Below, one piece after another: positions 12,195 through 25,428 of a stretch of DNA of 64,000 nt. Origin of the DNA: Perkinsus olseni (taxonomy: Eukaryota); the NCBI GenBank assembly GCA_013115125.1, contig JABANN010000115.1, positions 1 to 64,000 on the forward strand, given 5' to 3'. Under the pieces are notes generated by a model that was not told where the DNA came from, did no database searches, and was given only the letters and a program-made list of their open reading frames with translations. Every line of letters starts with the position of its first letter. Position 1 is the stretch's first letter. The position numbers were made by a program, and so were the translations under genes.

Positions 12195-15100
12195 ATGTCC
12201 TCGGGCAAAGAGCATCAGCTAGATGCAGTTTACGTGGATCTGCAAGACGCCCTCGCACTGAGGGAGAAGTACATTGGAGTCGGGGTGAGTAGTGCGCCTT
12301 TGACTAGTTTTCACGATCGTTATCAGATACACGACTACTCTCGAGGAAACCGTCGGTCGATCGAACTATCTCCCCACATCCGCTACGTTGCGCCCAACGG
12401 TGAGGGGGTGGCCGAATCGCGGGCATTTGAATTCTGTTTTTTACTGCGGGAGCCGTTTCTGGTTTCGGTTTTGGATGAGGCGTAACAAACTGTTGCTCTT
12501 CGCGATGACCCTGCCTCGGGTTTTTTGGCTGTGTATTATTGACTACTACGCTGTAAATGGCCCCGTTGTCTTTCAGCGAGATTCCCGGGATTCTTCGTCC
12601 TCGAGGAGGGAGTTTATCACATCTACAGCGACCCAGAAAACCCTGCTGAGGAGGACATGGCCTTCGAAATCCCTACTTTGGGGGAATACTACGAGGACAT
12701 GAACACGTTGTTCAGGTTAGATAGTTCGAAACATATCTTACAGCTCTGTGAGTGACGGTCTTGCGAGACTGTTGTGTTCTCTCAGGATACGTACGTCTGG
12801 GCCTACTGCTAGTTTCTCCTTTCTGCGCCTGCGAATGCTGGAGACGAAGTTCGAGCTCTATGGTATGACTTGTGCCGAACAGGTAGGTGGTGCGCTCTGG
12901 AACGACAAAAGAGCCGATTCGACCCTCTCCACCGGCTGTTCTATATCGTATCTATTCTCGGTATTTTCTATGCTCTCCGTTGTAGCCTATTCGACAGGGT
13001 TCGTGACGTTGAATGGGCATACTTGTAAACTTCTTACGTCAGCCTCATCTGTTAGACGGTGGGGCATTCGTTCTGGGTTCGCACGGGGGCCGGGCCCCCG
13101 TGACGAGGCGCTAGGCCGATTGCCTCGATCCGGCGTCGGCGCTCGCCGACGGCGCTCGCCGAGTTCACTCGATCCTGCGCGTGAGGCCCCGTGACGGGGC
13201 CTCTCTCGTCCCCCTTCTACCTGAGAGACTAGCACGTGGTTTCTGCTCGTCGGTGGTGGCGATAGTTGCTGGCATCTCGGGAATTGGAGTACTGAGCTAA
13301 CCGATACCTGGTTACCAGACCGCGCAGTCATAGTGCAGACTAGAACTCAGGAATAGACTGATCAGCGCCATTGATAATTTGTTTTAATACTGCGGAGTGA
13401 ATCATACACTTCCCGCCTGAGGATCTCTAGGAGTCATGTATCAGCGGTAGTTGTATTTCCGTGTAGGAGAACACTCAATGTGGCGCGATCCCTCACCGCG
13501 ATTTTTACAACGTCAGAAAAGTCGACACGCATATTCATCACTCGGCTGCCATGAATGGTAAGCCTCCGATCCGGACGACGACCGGATGGCTGTGGTTATC
13601 ACTGCCTCGTGTCAGCGAAGCATCTGCTGCGGTTCATCAAACGTAAAGTTGCCAATCACCCTGACGACGAAGTCCTCCCAGGCGAGACGCTGGGCCAGGT
13701 AACTGCGACTGCTTTCACCATCACCCTCACGTGCGAAGCGACACAGGTTTTCGACCAGCTAGGAGTGAAGCCCTACGATCTGTCGCTGGACAAGCTCAAC
13801 GTACTCGCAGACAAGAGCACACTCTACAGGTAACGTGCTGTATTCAACCGCAGTGTACTCCGAGATTCGTCCATACTTCAGATTCGACCGCTTCAATGCG
13901 AAGTATTCTCCCCTAGGAGAGCCCATGCTAAGGACGATCTTCCTGAAAACTGACAACTACATGGGGGGCCGGTGAGCTGACTTGTGGTAGGTCAAGAGCA
14001 CAGTTTTCCTTTGTAGGTACCTCGCTGAGCTCACTAAGGAGCTACTTGACGACTTGAAAGAAAATAAATATCAGAACACCGAATGGCGTCTGTCGATATA
14101 TGGTCGCTCGAGAGATGAGTGGCTCAAGCTCTCACGTGTAAGCGCAGCCGTGCCTAGGAGCATTTCTCTGATTCAGTCGAGTTGCTCGCGAGTCAACTCG
14201 GACACCAGCCAACCCCTCTTGAACCAATCTTCCCAAAATTGCCAGAAATTTTGGCGTTGGACTTGAAAGTGACGCGCACGCCTACCAGTTCCGTGAATTT
14301 TACGGTGTGGGTCTTCTCTTATACTGGTGTCCGGGTCCGCTTGGTGCCTTCGTCACTGTGGAAGTGCCCCCAATGATCCTTCGGTGAGGGTGATTTGCTT
14401 GCGTGCTTCAGTGGGTCCTCAATCACGGCCTGATCCATGAGAACAACAGGTGGATGATCCAGATACCGCGACTGTATTCGATATATAAAAAAAATGGGGA
14501 GGTGGGCTCTTCTTCGCCTTAGCGGGGCCACGCATTCCGCCGGTTTTCAGATTCAAAATTTCCAGCAATTCCTTTCAAACATCTTTGAGCCCCTCTTCGA
14601 AGCCACCTTCGATCCCGAGGCTCATCCAGAGGTGTATAAGTTCATGGACCAAGTGAGTCATCAGCCCGGTCGTAGTGTACTTCGACTGGCTGGATGGAAT
14701 CAGGTATCTGGTTTCGACACGGTTGACGATGAATCGAAGTCTCCCATGCCCAACGATCGTTATTTCTCGAGCCGCCAGCTCACCCCCGACAGATGGGATC
14801 TTGCGGATAACCCGAGCTACAAATACTATAGGTGAACCACATAGGGGATCAACATCACTGTGGATGGACCCCTGCGAAGAGATTGGTGACAATGGAGTTA
14901 TGACCGCGGCTCCTGCTTTCAGTTACTACATCTACGCCAACATCAGAGTCCTCAACATGCTTCGGGAACATCGCGGTCTGCGTCCCTTCGACTTCAGGTA
15001 TGTCGATTGCTGAACACGCGCTCATCACATTCTTTCAATGATCGCGCTATCTCTGCCACTTCTCAATCGCTCTGCTGAACGGGGGGGTTTTGCCAACTCT

Positions 15101-16133
15101 TGGACATACAAACGGTCTTTTCGCGTCGCGCCTTCGTCGTCGGCGTCATTTGTTTCACTCAGGCCGCACTGTGGGGAGGCTGGAGAGATACACCATTTGG
15201 ATACGGCCTTCTTGCTCGCTCATAACATCTCCCACGGCATCAACCTCAGGAAGAGTCCCGTCCTGCAGTATCTGTTCTACCTCGCTCAAATCGGTACCAC
15301 CAGCGCGTTATCGTTGAAGGCGTCTCGTCTTGAAGTGTCGTTCATCAGGCATCGCCGTTTCGCCTTGCTCCAACAACCAGTTGTTCTTGTCCTACAACAA
15401 GAATCCCTTCCCAGCATTCTTTGCCCGGGGGCTCAACGTCAGTCTTTCCAGCGATGATCCGCTCATGTTTCACCAGACAAGGGAACCGTTGGTTGAGGAG
15501 TACAGCATCGCCAAACAGGTGAGAGAAGGGGTCAGCATTCACGTTTCAGTCGCATTCGCTACTCCTGCAGGTCTGGCGGCTCAACTCAGTTGACATGTGC
15601 GAAATCGCCAGAAACTCGGTTCTGATGTCAGGGTAAGTTTCGCCCGTTGTTGGGAGTGATTTCCTTCGATCGAAACGCATACGAACTCATACCGCAGATT
15701 CCCTGACGACGATAAGATTCACTGGGTGGGTTCTCTGGACCGGTCGCGGAACGACGTACATAAGACAAACGTTCCCAGCATAAGGCACAAGTACGGCTGT
15801 ACAGAAGCGAGGCGACTGTCTAGCACTACCTCTCGGGTGCAGGTTCCGTGTCCGAACCTATCAAGAAGAATGGACGATAATCCAAGGCGAGCGTCCTAAG
15901 GGCGACTCACTGATGGGATACGCTGAAAAACAGTTCCTAAGGCAACTCCCGGAGGCCAACAGCTCTATAGTTATTTTTCCAATCTCAGATCCCCGTCATT
16001 CCGTGCTCCTATGGTACCACATGCCCTTCCCGAGGAGTTCCCGCTCAACGACCTTCAAATGGAGGCAGCCACAGGAGAAGAAGTAAGCAGCATGTCTCCA
16101 GCCACTTCGGACGAATGTTTGAGACTGCAGTGA
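12195..16133 (+). CDS. AMPD: AMP deaminase (many exons; 3' end approximate)
   Basis: Motifs [116 protein letters not shown]. Confidence 0.97.
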
Positions 16134-17612
16134 GATGCACTCTCGGTCCTCGGCCGCTGTTCTCTTGTCCGCGCCTTGAAATTTGTGCCTGACCGGTCCA
16201 CCAGCGGGCGAGTTTCATGTTTTGTGTTCAGATGGAGTCTCAAGAGCAAGTTCCCGATGATGGTAACGTGGCGAGCGTCCAATACGGTAGGACCCTCTAT
16301 TAGCCTCCACTTCATTTCGTATAGTTCGGTCGTGTTCATTATCCAAGATGCATCTTCGTCGAGATCCCCTCCGGTTCCGCGTGGCGCTTGCAACTAACCA
16401 CCTGCCCGACTCCCTACGACATCATAGCTTCAGCGACGTTTCCTGTTTTCCAGGAAACAGTACGCTGCATCATCAAGCGTCCCGACAGAGTATTCGTATA
16501 AACACCTCGCCTTCGTCATCGTCCCTGAGCCCGAGGAGGTCCACCCTTCGTGCGAGTATCGTCCTCCCGTAAGCCACTCTGGCGTCTCTCAGTTCCTCTT
16601 CACGTCAACGATTCCTTCGATCTTTGTTCCTAAGTGTTCTGTGGCCCTTGAGTTGTGAATGATGCTAGTGCTGGATCTGGTCAGTGCCTTGGAACCTACG
16701 TCCGCTTCGACCGAATCCGAGAACAGTGACGAGATGAAGGACGACAAGCTCCGGGGGATGATCATTTTCTCCAAGGAGTGAGCCTCCTTCGGGGACGCAG
16801 CGCGAGTCTGTGTGGAGTCCGGTTCGATATGGCTCAGGTATCTGACGGGTGCGTTTGCTGGTGTGCTGGCGAGTGCAGTTCTCATGGCAGGGCTGCTCAC
16901 GATGAGCAACGTCCGTAGATAATTTGTGTTCTTCCCGCATAGAAGACCATTGATTCTGGCCCGCCAAAAACGGTCGCGTTGTAAACGTCAGCGCTACCAC
17001 TCACATTCGCAGCTTATCTCTGGGAAGGCATCTTCAACCACGCAGCGGCCATGGATGCGCGTACAAGAACGATCTAGTGCTCGTCGCCTCTATAAGTTTC
17101 TCGTACTTCTCGTTCTGGAGCGCCGTAACTATTCGTACTCGTTCTATACAGATGATGGAGCAGACGGGTAGACAAGAGTCGTTCCGGAAACAGCTTCTCA
17201 TGCCATGAACCCATTGCCGCTGGGGGAACTCCTACAGTTTGTCCGGATTAAACAGCTAGTCGAGTGAATCCGCACAGCTCTTTGGCATTCACACTATCGT
17301 GTTACAATGATGCCTGTTGTGAGGGCAGCGAAATCGCGCTCATCGCGGAGTCGCGGCCCGATAGTGCTGGCTACCAGCCCCGCGGAAGAGCTTGTTTGCC
17401 TTGTCACTACTGAACTCGATCATTTTTGCATGCTTATAACATCTTATTACCACAACGAGGCAAGAACCCGCATATCGAATTTCACACACAGTAGTCAAAC
17501 CTACACGTCTGAGGACAGGCTACGGCACGAATTGTCAACGACAACAGACTGCACCGATTGGCTCCATCAGCAGTCCCTCTTCGAGCTTAGAATGGATAAC
17601 GTCGGACTCAGC

Positions 17613-19807
17613 TCAAACAGCGCCTTCATGTCTCGCACTCGCCGCATTCTCGAAAGCATCCATATTGAAGTCAGTTGGACTCCAAGGAGGGGTACTCGAG
17701 GCTTCGTGGGACCAAAGGTCTAAGGGAAGTTCAAAATCTTCCCATGCCTCGGCCGAGGTCTGCGAGATCTGGGTGTGTTCGGCTGCGCCAGTACTTGCCA
17801 CTGGAATGGCTCGAGATGAGTCATCACCACCAAGCTGACGGTAGCCGTTCTGAGGGAACCACTGGTCGCCATTAGAGGAGGCAGGTCGCATTGCAGCCGG
17901 TCTGGTCTGACTCTCTACTTGGTATCGCAGCCATTGGTTAGGGTTGATGACAGTATCCCCGGCCAAGTCTTTCCTAGTAACCAGGCCAGACGGCCGCCTC
18001 CCTTGAACACTACTGGTGGAGGCAGAGCTCGGAGACGATCTCTGGGCTCCCCACAACTCTAACGGCTCGTTCTCCGAATGAAATTCAGCAGCTCCTCTTT
18101 CGGCACCGGTCGTTGCAGAGGTTGTAGAGGAAGAATGCGAGGGAACTATATTCGCGAAGAAATCCAGCAGCTAAGTTGAACTCGAAGGACTCAGATTCAA
18201 ATCGTCCTGGGGCTCGAGATCGTCGAAAAAATCTAAAATATCCGAATCTTCCCACCCCAAAGCTGGATTTTGTGGGGGCTGAGTGATTCCACCGTTTCCA
18301 GTATTGGTCACCGCAGGTTCTGGAGGTTCTTCCCCACTGAGCTGGCGATTCGCACCTGAAGCGGATCTCTCCTTGTGTGAGGTCTTTCGGCGCTTGGCCT
18401 CCGTTTTGAGAGTGGATCTCCGTGACTTTCCTCTTTCTGGAGTTATCAGTGTCATCGGGTAACGTATCCCCACGATACACAGCTCCACCTTCGACGACTG
18501 TGAGTAGCAAACCTTTACATCAGTTGCTTCGATGCCTTCGAACCCTTTTTCCTCGAACTCGTCGGCCAGCTTCTTGAAAGCCCAGCGTACTTTCAAGCGC
18601 TTCGCTCGGTCCCTGGTATCGAATACGGAGCAACTGGTCATATCGTCGTAGATCATGCCCAAGGGACGGACCGAAACTGGCTCCATTCTCCAAGGGAGCG
18701 AAAGCTTGAGAGAACACCGGGGGCCTGCCGTCACAGTCATCATCACCTTCGTAAAACCAAGGATAGAGGAGACGTTTTGGTAGACGCCAACCGGCGGCTG
18801 CAGAGCCGGGATCGCGACGGAGCTGCTCCGAATTTGAGGAACCAGAATGTTTCCTCCAGTGTCGATTGAGGCGAACCCAGTAGTAGCGAGGTGCGAGCGA
18901 TCTTCAGCGTCACGCCCTCCTGGCGTCGCCATTCTATACCGTCCTGTTCCGAGGAACAGTTCTGCTTGGGAATGGTGAAGCAGAGCGATACACCAGACGC
19001 GGATATGTGCCCGATCTCATCACCGGTGAGTGATTTGAAGAGGGCATAAAACTCCCAGGCAACCTTTCGGTAGTGATCGCTGGTGTCGTACTTGAGGCAC
19101 CCGCTCAGGACATCAACAGCCATTTTGTAGGGACCTATTTTCCTGGAGGGTAAATCCTCGGGAAAATAGAATTCGAAGAAGCACAGAAGCCCCTTTGACA
19201 CACTGAATGTCACCTTCGTGAAGCCTAATATGGGGTCAACATTCTCATAGGTAGCATTGAGGAGAAGCTCTGCAATGGACCCTTTGCCCTTAGTTGCCCG
19301 CTTCCGCTGATTCTGAGTCTGATGTGTTGTCCTTCTGGATTGCTTGCTCGTTGTAACCACCGGTTGGACTTCAGCAGCTCTATGTAGCACATGCGCTTGC
19401 CCGTGAAGCACTGAAGCAACAGTCGTATCAGTGGCTGGGCAGACTCTCACATCACGCCAATCAAGGCTCGGGGAGGAATCCTTGCCGAGCATCTTGTTCA
19501 ACCTTTCGAAGCCCGAATCAAGCTTCTGGGTATCACTGAACTTCCCAGTATAATACTTCAGACATCCGGCTCAGTCGGGCTCGACCCTATGGCTGCCGAC
19601 GGAAAGTGACCGGGCCAAACCGGGCAGGGAGAACGTGAAAAACGTCGTCATATCCGTATGCAGCATCATAACGACCGTCGTGAAATTGCCGATGGGAGCT
19701 GTGCTCTGGTATATCCCAGCTCTGATGGTGCTGCTACCAGTGGCTGAGGTGTACGGCTGGATCAACTCGAGGAGGATGAGTTGGATGGTTAGGAGTTCTC
19801 GAACCAT
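17613..19807 (-). pseudogene. Signal-peptide protein with three copies of a ~110-aa lineage-specific domain; in-frame TGA and a frameshift (3' end approximate)
   Basis: Repeats G(I/V)YQ...IGNFTTV / ATYENVDPILGFTKVTF / GVYQNVSSILGFTKVMM, each followed by C(L/S)xYxT...V(R/S/K)(V/L)C. TGA at 19571-19573 is in frame with ORF 18743-19501; the frame changes near 18960. Confidence 0.6.
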
Positions 19808-21586
19808 TGACTGACTGTGAGATGGCGACGCTGAAGTGGAAATTTTCTATCGTGTCTCCTGTCTCCGAAAGGCAGTCTCCTCGCAACCTTCCAGAACACG
19901 CCTCACATGATTCCTCACAGGTCATGTCGCGTCATTCGATGGCTCGCGACTAATAATTGTAATGACTCAACGGTTCCTCTTACGTGAGAGTGGGAGATCG
20001 ACCTCCCTGTTTCCCCTGCCGAGTGCGAATTCACCAACCGTGTAACCCCGTGCTGTGTACGGCAAGTGATGATTGGCGAGAGTTTTTCGGCAATACACAG
20101 TGATAAATTTTTTGCATTAGTACTTGACAACGGTACAGTGATACCAGTGTTCGGTACCTTGATAACCGTTGTATTACTACTGGTCAAGACGATCGCGTGT
20201 ACACTCCCTAACTGGCCGTTATTCCCCGATAGTCATATCGGTCAAGCTCCTCTGATCCAGCTGAGAGAAGTTGCGTTGGCAACGCCGGAACCAACATGTT
20301 AAAGGTCTGCCCAGTTGCGCCAAGTACGCGGTGCAATCTGGCCTTCACAGCATATTTTCAGGCCCTACTCCACCTGCACTGTGTGAGCAAGCTGGATAGG
20401 AACCCGAACGACCTCGACAGTGTCGATGACTCTCATGGCCAGAAAAGGATGGCGACATATCGGCACGAACATGTTGTTGGGAACAAGTTTGGCACCGTGG
20501 GGCTTATGGCGATTCGCCATTGGTGAAGATGTATCTACGCACTTGAAGTGAGAGTTACATCGTTGCTCGTGTGATGGAATTGCATATTACTCAGAGTAGT
20601 AGAATCTGACTCACGTACTCTGCATCACCACCTGATTTTACTCACACATCGGGATTACAGGGTGATTTAGCTCAGGGCTAGTGATGCAAGCATCAGGATC
20701 CGCATACGGGCTCATATCGTGCTTCAATGCAGCATACTCAGACGCGAGGTACGTTTAATGCGTTACATCAGGGATTTCTCTTTCGGTCACACCTACGTTA
20801 TCAGCTGTTCTACACGAGTCCCACTAAGGGCAAATGCTGACCTTTTCCGACCTTGTCGTATTCACCCAGTACGACTTAGCAACGCGACAGTTTCTTCGGG
20901 ACATCACATCTTCACAAAAACACCGGTAAAACGAGGTTACATGCAAATAGGGAATGGGTCACTGACCCAGTGACCGTCATGACCGTTCTATCTGACCGTT
21001 CGGCCGCTAAAAGAAAAAAAGACCTAGTGGAGTACTGACCGTAACCCCCGTCAACCCAAAACCCGACTCAGGTCGCCCTTCGGGCGACCATCACCTCAAA
21101 CCCGGAGGCCTAGGGTTATAGGTCATAGGTTATCCGAGAGTCAATAGCGTGGTCCCAATCCTCTCCCGGGCGAGCGCGAACGTTCTTTAGAAAATGGCCA
21201 CATTCTTTAGAAATATGGTTTTTCCCGACACGGGCCAACGGAGCCTGAGGAAAGGTATCCTCACAGACGAGAGAGTTTATCCCGCTGGAATGTCACCATA
21301 CGTCAGCATTCTGTGAAGCATTCTTAAAGTGAAATTCAACTCCGTCAGAACACACTTGGATGCACAGTTCCCGTTCTCCAGTCTCGCGTCCAGACTCGAA
21401 GAGCAAAGCGATATCGGTCGTTATATGAGGTCTTGCTTGTCGAAGTTTCGGGCCGACCACGGGCCGGTACTGAAGTCGGGGTCAGTGGAAAGTTTCCACT
21501 GGAAACGCAATCACGTCTGCCGTGGCAGATTATGCAAATCGCAAGTGAAACTTATATTTACGTGCCCCAGTGTAATCGCGTTAATC

Positions 21587-22419
21587 ATGCCCAAGGCTCC
21601 TCGCAAGTCTAGAAGCGCGGGTAAGAAGAAGAGAGCTACCCCTTTCGAGTCGACGGCTATGGACGTCGATGCAGCTGTGGAGGTCGAAGCCGATGTACAG
21701 CAGCAAGAACAAAAACCGGACTTTGAGAAGGTAGTGGTGCGTCGACCTTGCTGCCGAGAGCGTGAAGAAAAGTGAAGAGTGTGAAGGGAAAAGTCGGTCG
21801 GCCGTGGTCTTGGTAGTTCTTGTTGGACTTGACGGATTGACTCGAGCCGGATAGACGTGAAATTCATTCGTGCTTTCTACAGGCCGCTGCAGAGAGCGCC
21901 GCGGATGAAGGTGACATGACGGTTTCCAATCATGAGATATTCCGAAGGCATACCGAGGAGTGGAAGAAGATGAAAGTCCGAGTAGCGGATCTTAAGAGGC
22001 AGCGGTAGTGTGGTATCGTTTACGGCCGTAGCGTTCTCAAGGCCTGGCCCCTGGAGTGAGGCTGGGCCATGGTGAAGCTCGAGTCGTTGGAGAGGTCCTT
22101 CTCGTTGCACTCGGCTTGGGTTCAGGATGAGATTGCCGAAGAAGGGCAACAAGGACAAGAAGAAGCTGATTAGTCAAGAGATCAAGAAGCTCCTCGCCGA
22201 TCTCAGAGAAAAGCACGACCGGGAGCTTGAGGATGCGGGTAGTGCGAGGGGAGGCGTCGGTATCTCAGGAGCTCATCGCCAGCCGCAATGAGCGTGACTT
22301 TTCACATCGGTCGTGGTGGTCGGATTAACCGCCGTTACTACTTAGGAATCGTCAGCGGATCTGTGAAGTACAAAAAGATGGAAATTGAAGTCGATGAGAA
22401 CGACGAGGACGCTATCTAA
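21587..22419 (+). CDS. Small charged coiled-coil protein resembling the N-terminal region of OTUD6/Otu2
   Basis: Spliced: MPKAPRKSRS...FRRHTEEWKKMK...LPKKGNKDKKKLISQEIKKLLADLREKHDRELED...DENDEDAI*. Confidence 0.6.
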
Positions 22420-22558
22420 TAGAACCTTGATCAACGCCAGAGGAGATCTACGTTTACCACGTTTACTTACTCCGTGCTTTCCCGCGTTCTAGTTCGGGGT
22501 CAATGGGACTGCCTCGATACGGCCTACTTGATACGACAGTTCGTTTCTCCGAGGGGCA

Positions 22559-23427
22559 ATGCCGGCAGGAGAACTGAAGAGTCGCCTTCACCGGCGTCGA
22601 GCGTCAGTGGCTGATGACCGGCCGTTGCCCATGTCACCGTTGCAGACCTTGTACCAGTCCACGACAGCAGAGCCTACGTCCCCAGGAAGCAAGTCGGTGG
22701 AGGTGTACGGGTTCGTGTCATGGGTCGCCTGTCTGGTTGCTGGAGTCATCTATCTGGCTTGGGCCTTCATTCCCGATAAGTGTTTGAGAGAGGTAAGCCC
22801 GGTCGTATCAGAGCGCTTACCGTTATATCATAGAATCAATCGACGTTAGCACTTTTCCAGAACTAGTCGTACCTGTTTCCGCACACGTCGTGTCAATGAC
22901 TACTTTCGGATTGACCAGACGTGCAACTGGGGGGGGGATGAAGTCGAATGAACATTCGCTGAAGTCGAAGTTCATTTTCCTTCGAGTTTCCAGTAGCATC
23001 ATCGTGTCCAGCCTTATGTAGTCTGCACGTCGAAAGCCTTACATCCTTTGCAGATGGGCATAACGTACTACCCATCAAAATGGTGGGCCGTGGTGATCCC
23101 CACAATTTTCCTCCTCATAATTTTCTGGACTGCCGGAGTCGTCCTACCGTCCCTCTCCTGGGCCCTGGCCCCACCCCTCACTGACAAGGGGCTCATTGAG
23201 GACCCTTCTCGAGGCGACAATCAATTCGTCTCCAGCGACACGTAAGTTGAATTTGCTTCCCGCTGCTTCCTGAGGTATCCTTTTTTCCCAGGGAATCGTT
23301 GAAGTTCGACATCCCGACAGCAGTGGACATAAAGTTGAGCGAGGTCAACGCGTGGAAATTTCGAGAGTTTCGTCGGAAGCGTCGTCATAATCATCACAAC
23401 AACGAGGCCCACCCCCTTCCTGAGTGA
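22559..23427 (+). CDS. PIGP: GPI-GlcNAc transferase subunit P (PIG-P/Gpi19)
   Basis: EVYGFVSW...YLAWAFIPDKCLRE/MGITYYPSKWWAVVIP is the PIG-P signature; two TM segments. Confidence 0.92.
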
Positions 23428-23679
23428 ATTACTGAGGCTTGCGTTGTGCCGTCTGTCTCCTCCGCTCCTCTCAAAAATTTTGAATCGAAATTAGTGAGCC
23501 CGGACCGTGTTCCCCGACTTAGTCTTGGGGTCTTCACAAGCCCTTTCCTCATGCAAGTTGGGGCTCATTCTGATTGGTTTGTGCTTAATCGCCCACTTTT
23601 TTTCGGCGCGGGGGAATAACGCCTGAGTGGCTCCACGCGCCCCCTGCAAGTTATTGTCTTGTCCATAAACTAACTCCTG

Positions 23680-24864
23680 ATGTCCTCTCCCCTCAATATC
23701 GGATTCATCGGCGGTGGTAACATGTGCGAAGCTCTGTTGAAGGGGATGCTCACTTCTCGCATCACGGTCGAGAAGAATGTGATTATCAGTGAACCCTTGC
23801 AAGCTCGTGGCGAGTAAGCGTCACCGCCTCGCTCAACGGCCATGGACGTACTCGCTGCAGGTACCTGCTAAAGACCTATCCCGGTATCCACATCACCACC
23901 AACAGCGCTGATGTAGCCACGGCTCAGTGCATCGTCGTGTTTATCGCCGTCAAACCACAGTAAGTTCAAATGAACGTTTGCGTGGTGATTGACTCGCACA
24001 ACTCAGAATGTTGAAGGCGGCCCTCAGCGGACTGTCCTTCGCCCACAAGCCTCTTATCGTCTCCATTTGTGCCGGCGTTGCTCTGGAGACCCTCGCCCAG
24101 CTACTGCCGTCCCAGAGAATCGTAAGCTTGGTGGAATCACCAGTATGTGATAGTCTTCTCATCCGCGTCAGGTTCGTGTTATGCCGAACACCCCGGCTCT
24201 CGTTGGCGCTGGAGCTTCCGCCTTCTGCATGGGACCAGGCTGTAATACCCACTCTGGAACTTGTGAATATTCGCTGTTTCTAACCCCCCCGGAGCGGTTA
24301 ATTTTCATTCACTCGTCACACCTCTCTACTCTCAGGTACGGATCAGGACCGTGCTCTTGCGAGCAAAATGCTTGAATGTTTCTCTGGAGTCGTCGTTCCC
24401 GTTGATGAGAAGCTCATCGACGCCGTTACTGGTCTTTCGGGAAGCGGCCCTGCGTGAGTCCACTCCCCTTCTCTCACTTTCCACTCCGTTAATGTACCAG
24501 ATACTTCTTCCTCTTCATCGAAGCGCTCGCTGATGGAGGTGTTCAACAGGGGCTTCCTCGGGCCCAGGCATTGAAGCTCGCAGCGCAAACGTGTGTTGGA
24601 GCTGGCAAGATGGTACATCCCATAAGCCTCTCCTGCTGGTTATTGCTGTTTTCAGGTCTTAGAGTCTGGCAGACATCCCGGCGAGCTCAAGGACAGTGTT
24701 TGCAGCCCGGCCGGTAGTAAACTTCTCAAAATTCCAAGGTGACGCTTCAATCAGGTACGACAATTGCCGGCGTGGCGGCTTTGGAGCGCAACGGATTCCG
24801 CAGCGCTGCGATAGATGCAGTCAAGGCAGCCACGGAGAGGAGCCGAGAGTTGTCCAAGATATAA
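23680..24864 (+). CDS. proC: Pyrroline-5-carboxylate reductase
   Basis: [66 protein letters not shown]. Confidence 0.96.
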
Positions 24865-25428
24865 CTCTGAGCGTTTTGTGACGTGTGGGCTGATTACTCC
24901 ACTGTGGTGAAGATTTGCTTCTCAAAGTGCGATGCGTTGCTTTAGTAGTCTAAACTCATTAGGGGCAACTCTAGGGTTCTTCGGGTAGGATTGAACGCCC
25001 AACATCTCAAGGCAAACAGACACCAATTCCCAATACCGTTCAGTATTTCCCGTGAGGCTCAGGAAACACGAACGCGAACTCTGTTGAGGATGGGGCACGC
25101 AGTGTTGCACTTCTCACTTTGGGTAACGGAAACGAATGGCCACTGGGTGAGCTGCTACGATCCCCGTTGCTCTTATTGGTACGTAATCTGGGCGTTCCGT
25201 GACTTTTAGAATACTAAAACACAACCCTTGTCCGTGTTGACTAAGATGTCCATCAATGCAGATAATAAAAGTAGTAGTATGGCGCGTAAAATAATGATGC
25301 ATTCTCCTTGAAGTTCATATTGAATCCAGGCACGAGGGTGAGGATGCAATGAGAGAAAAAGACACCGCAGTGAAGCAATTATGATTTCGTCGGGCCCTGA
25401 AAACACATAAGGCGATGTGTGTGAGTTT

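Noticed and set aside
13230-13360. snR30/U17 snoRNA (minus-strand TATTCCTG and AAACCAC resemble m1/m2)
   Set aside because: No ACA box at the expected distance, and the m1-like motif is sequestered in a stem.
15000-15162. C/D-box snoRNAs in mid-length introns of AMPD (also NOP2 35212-35478)
   Set aside because: Only degenerate C boxes and isolated CTGA, with no terminal stem or identifiable rRNA guide.
16140-17250. Possible minus-strand multi-exon gene
   Set aside because: Some splice-like signals, but no reliable reading frame or homology.
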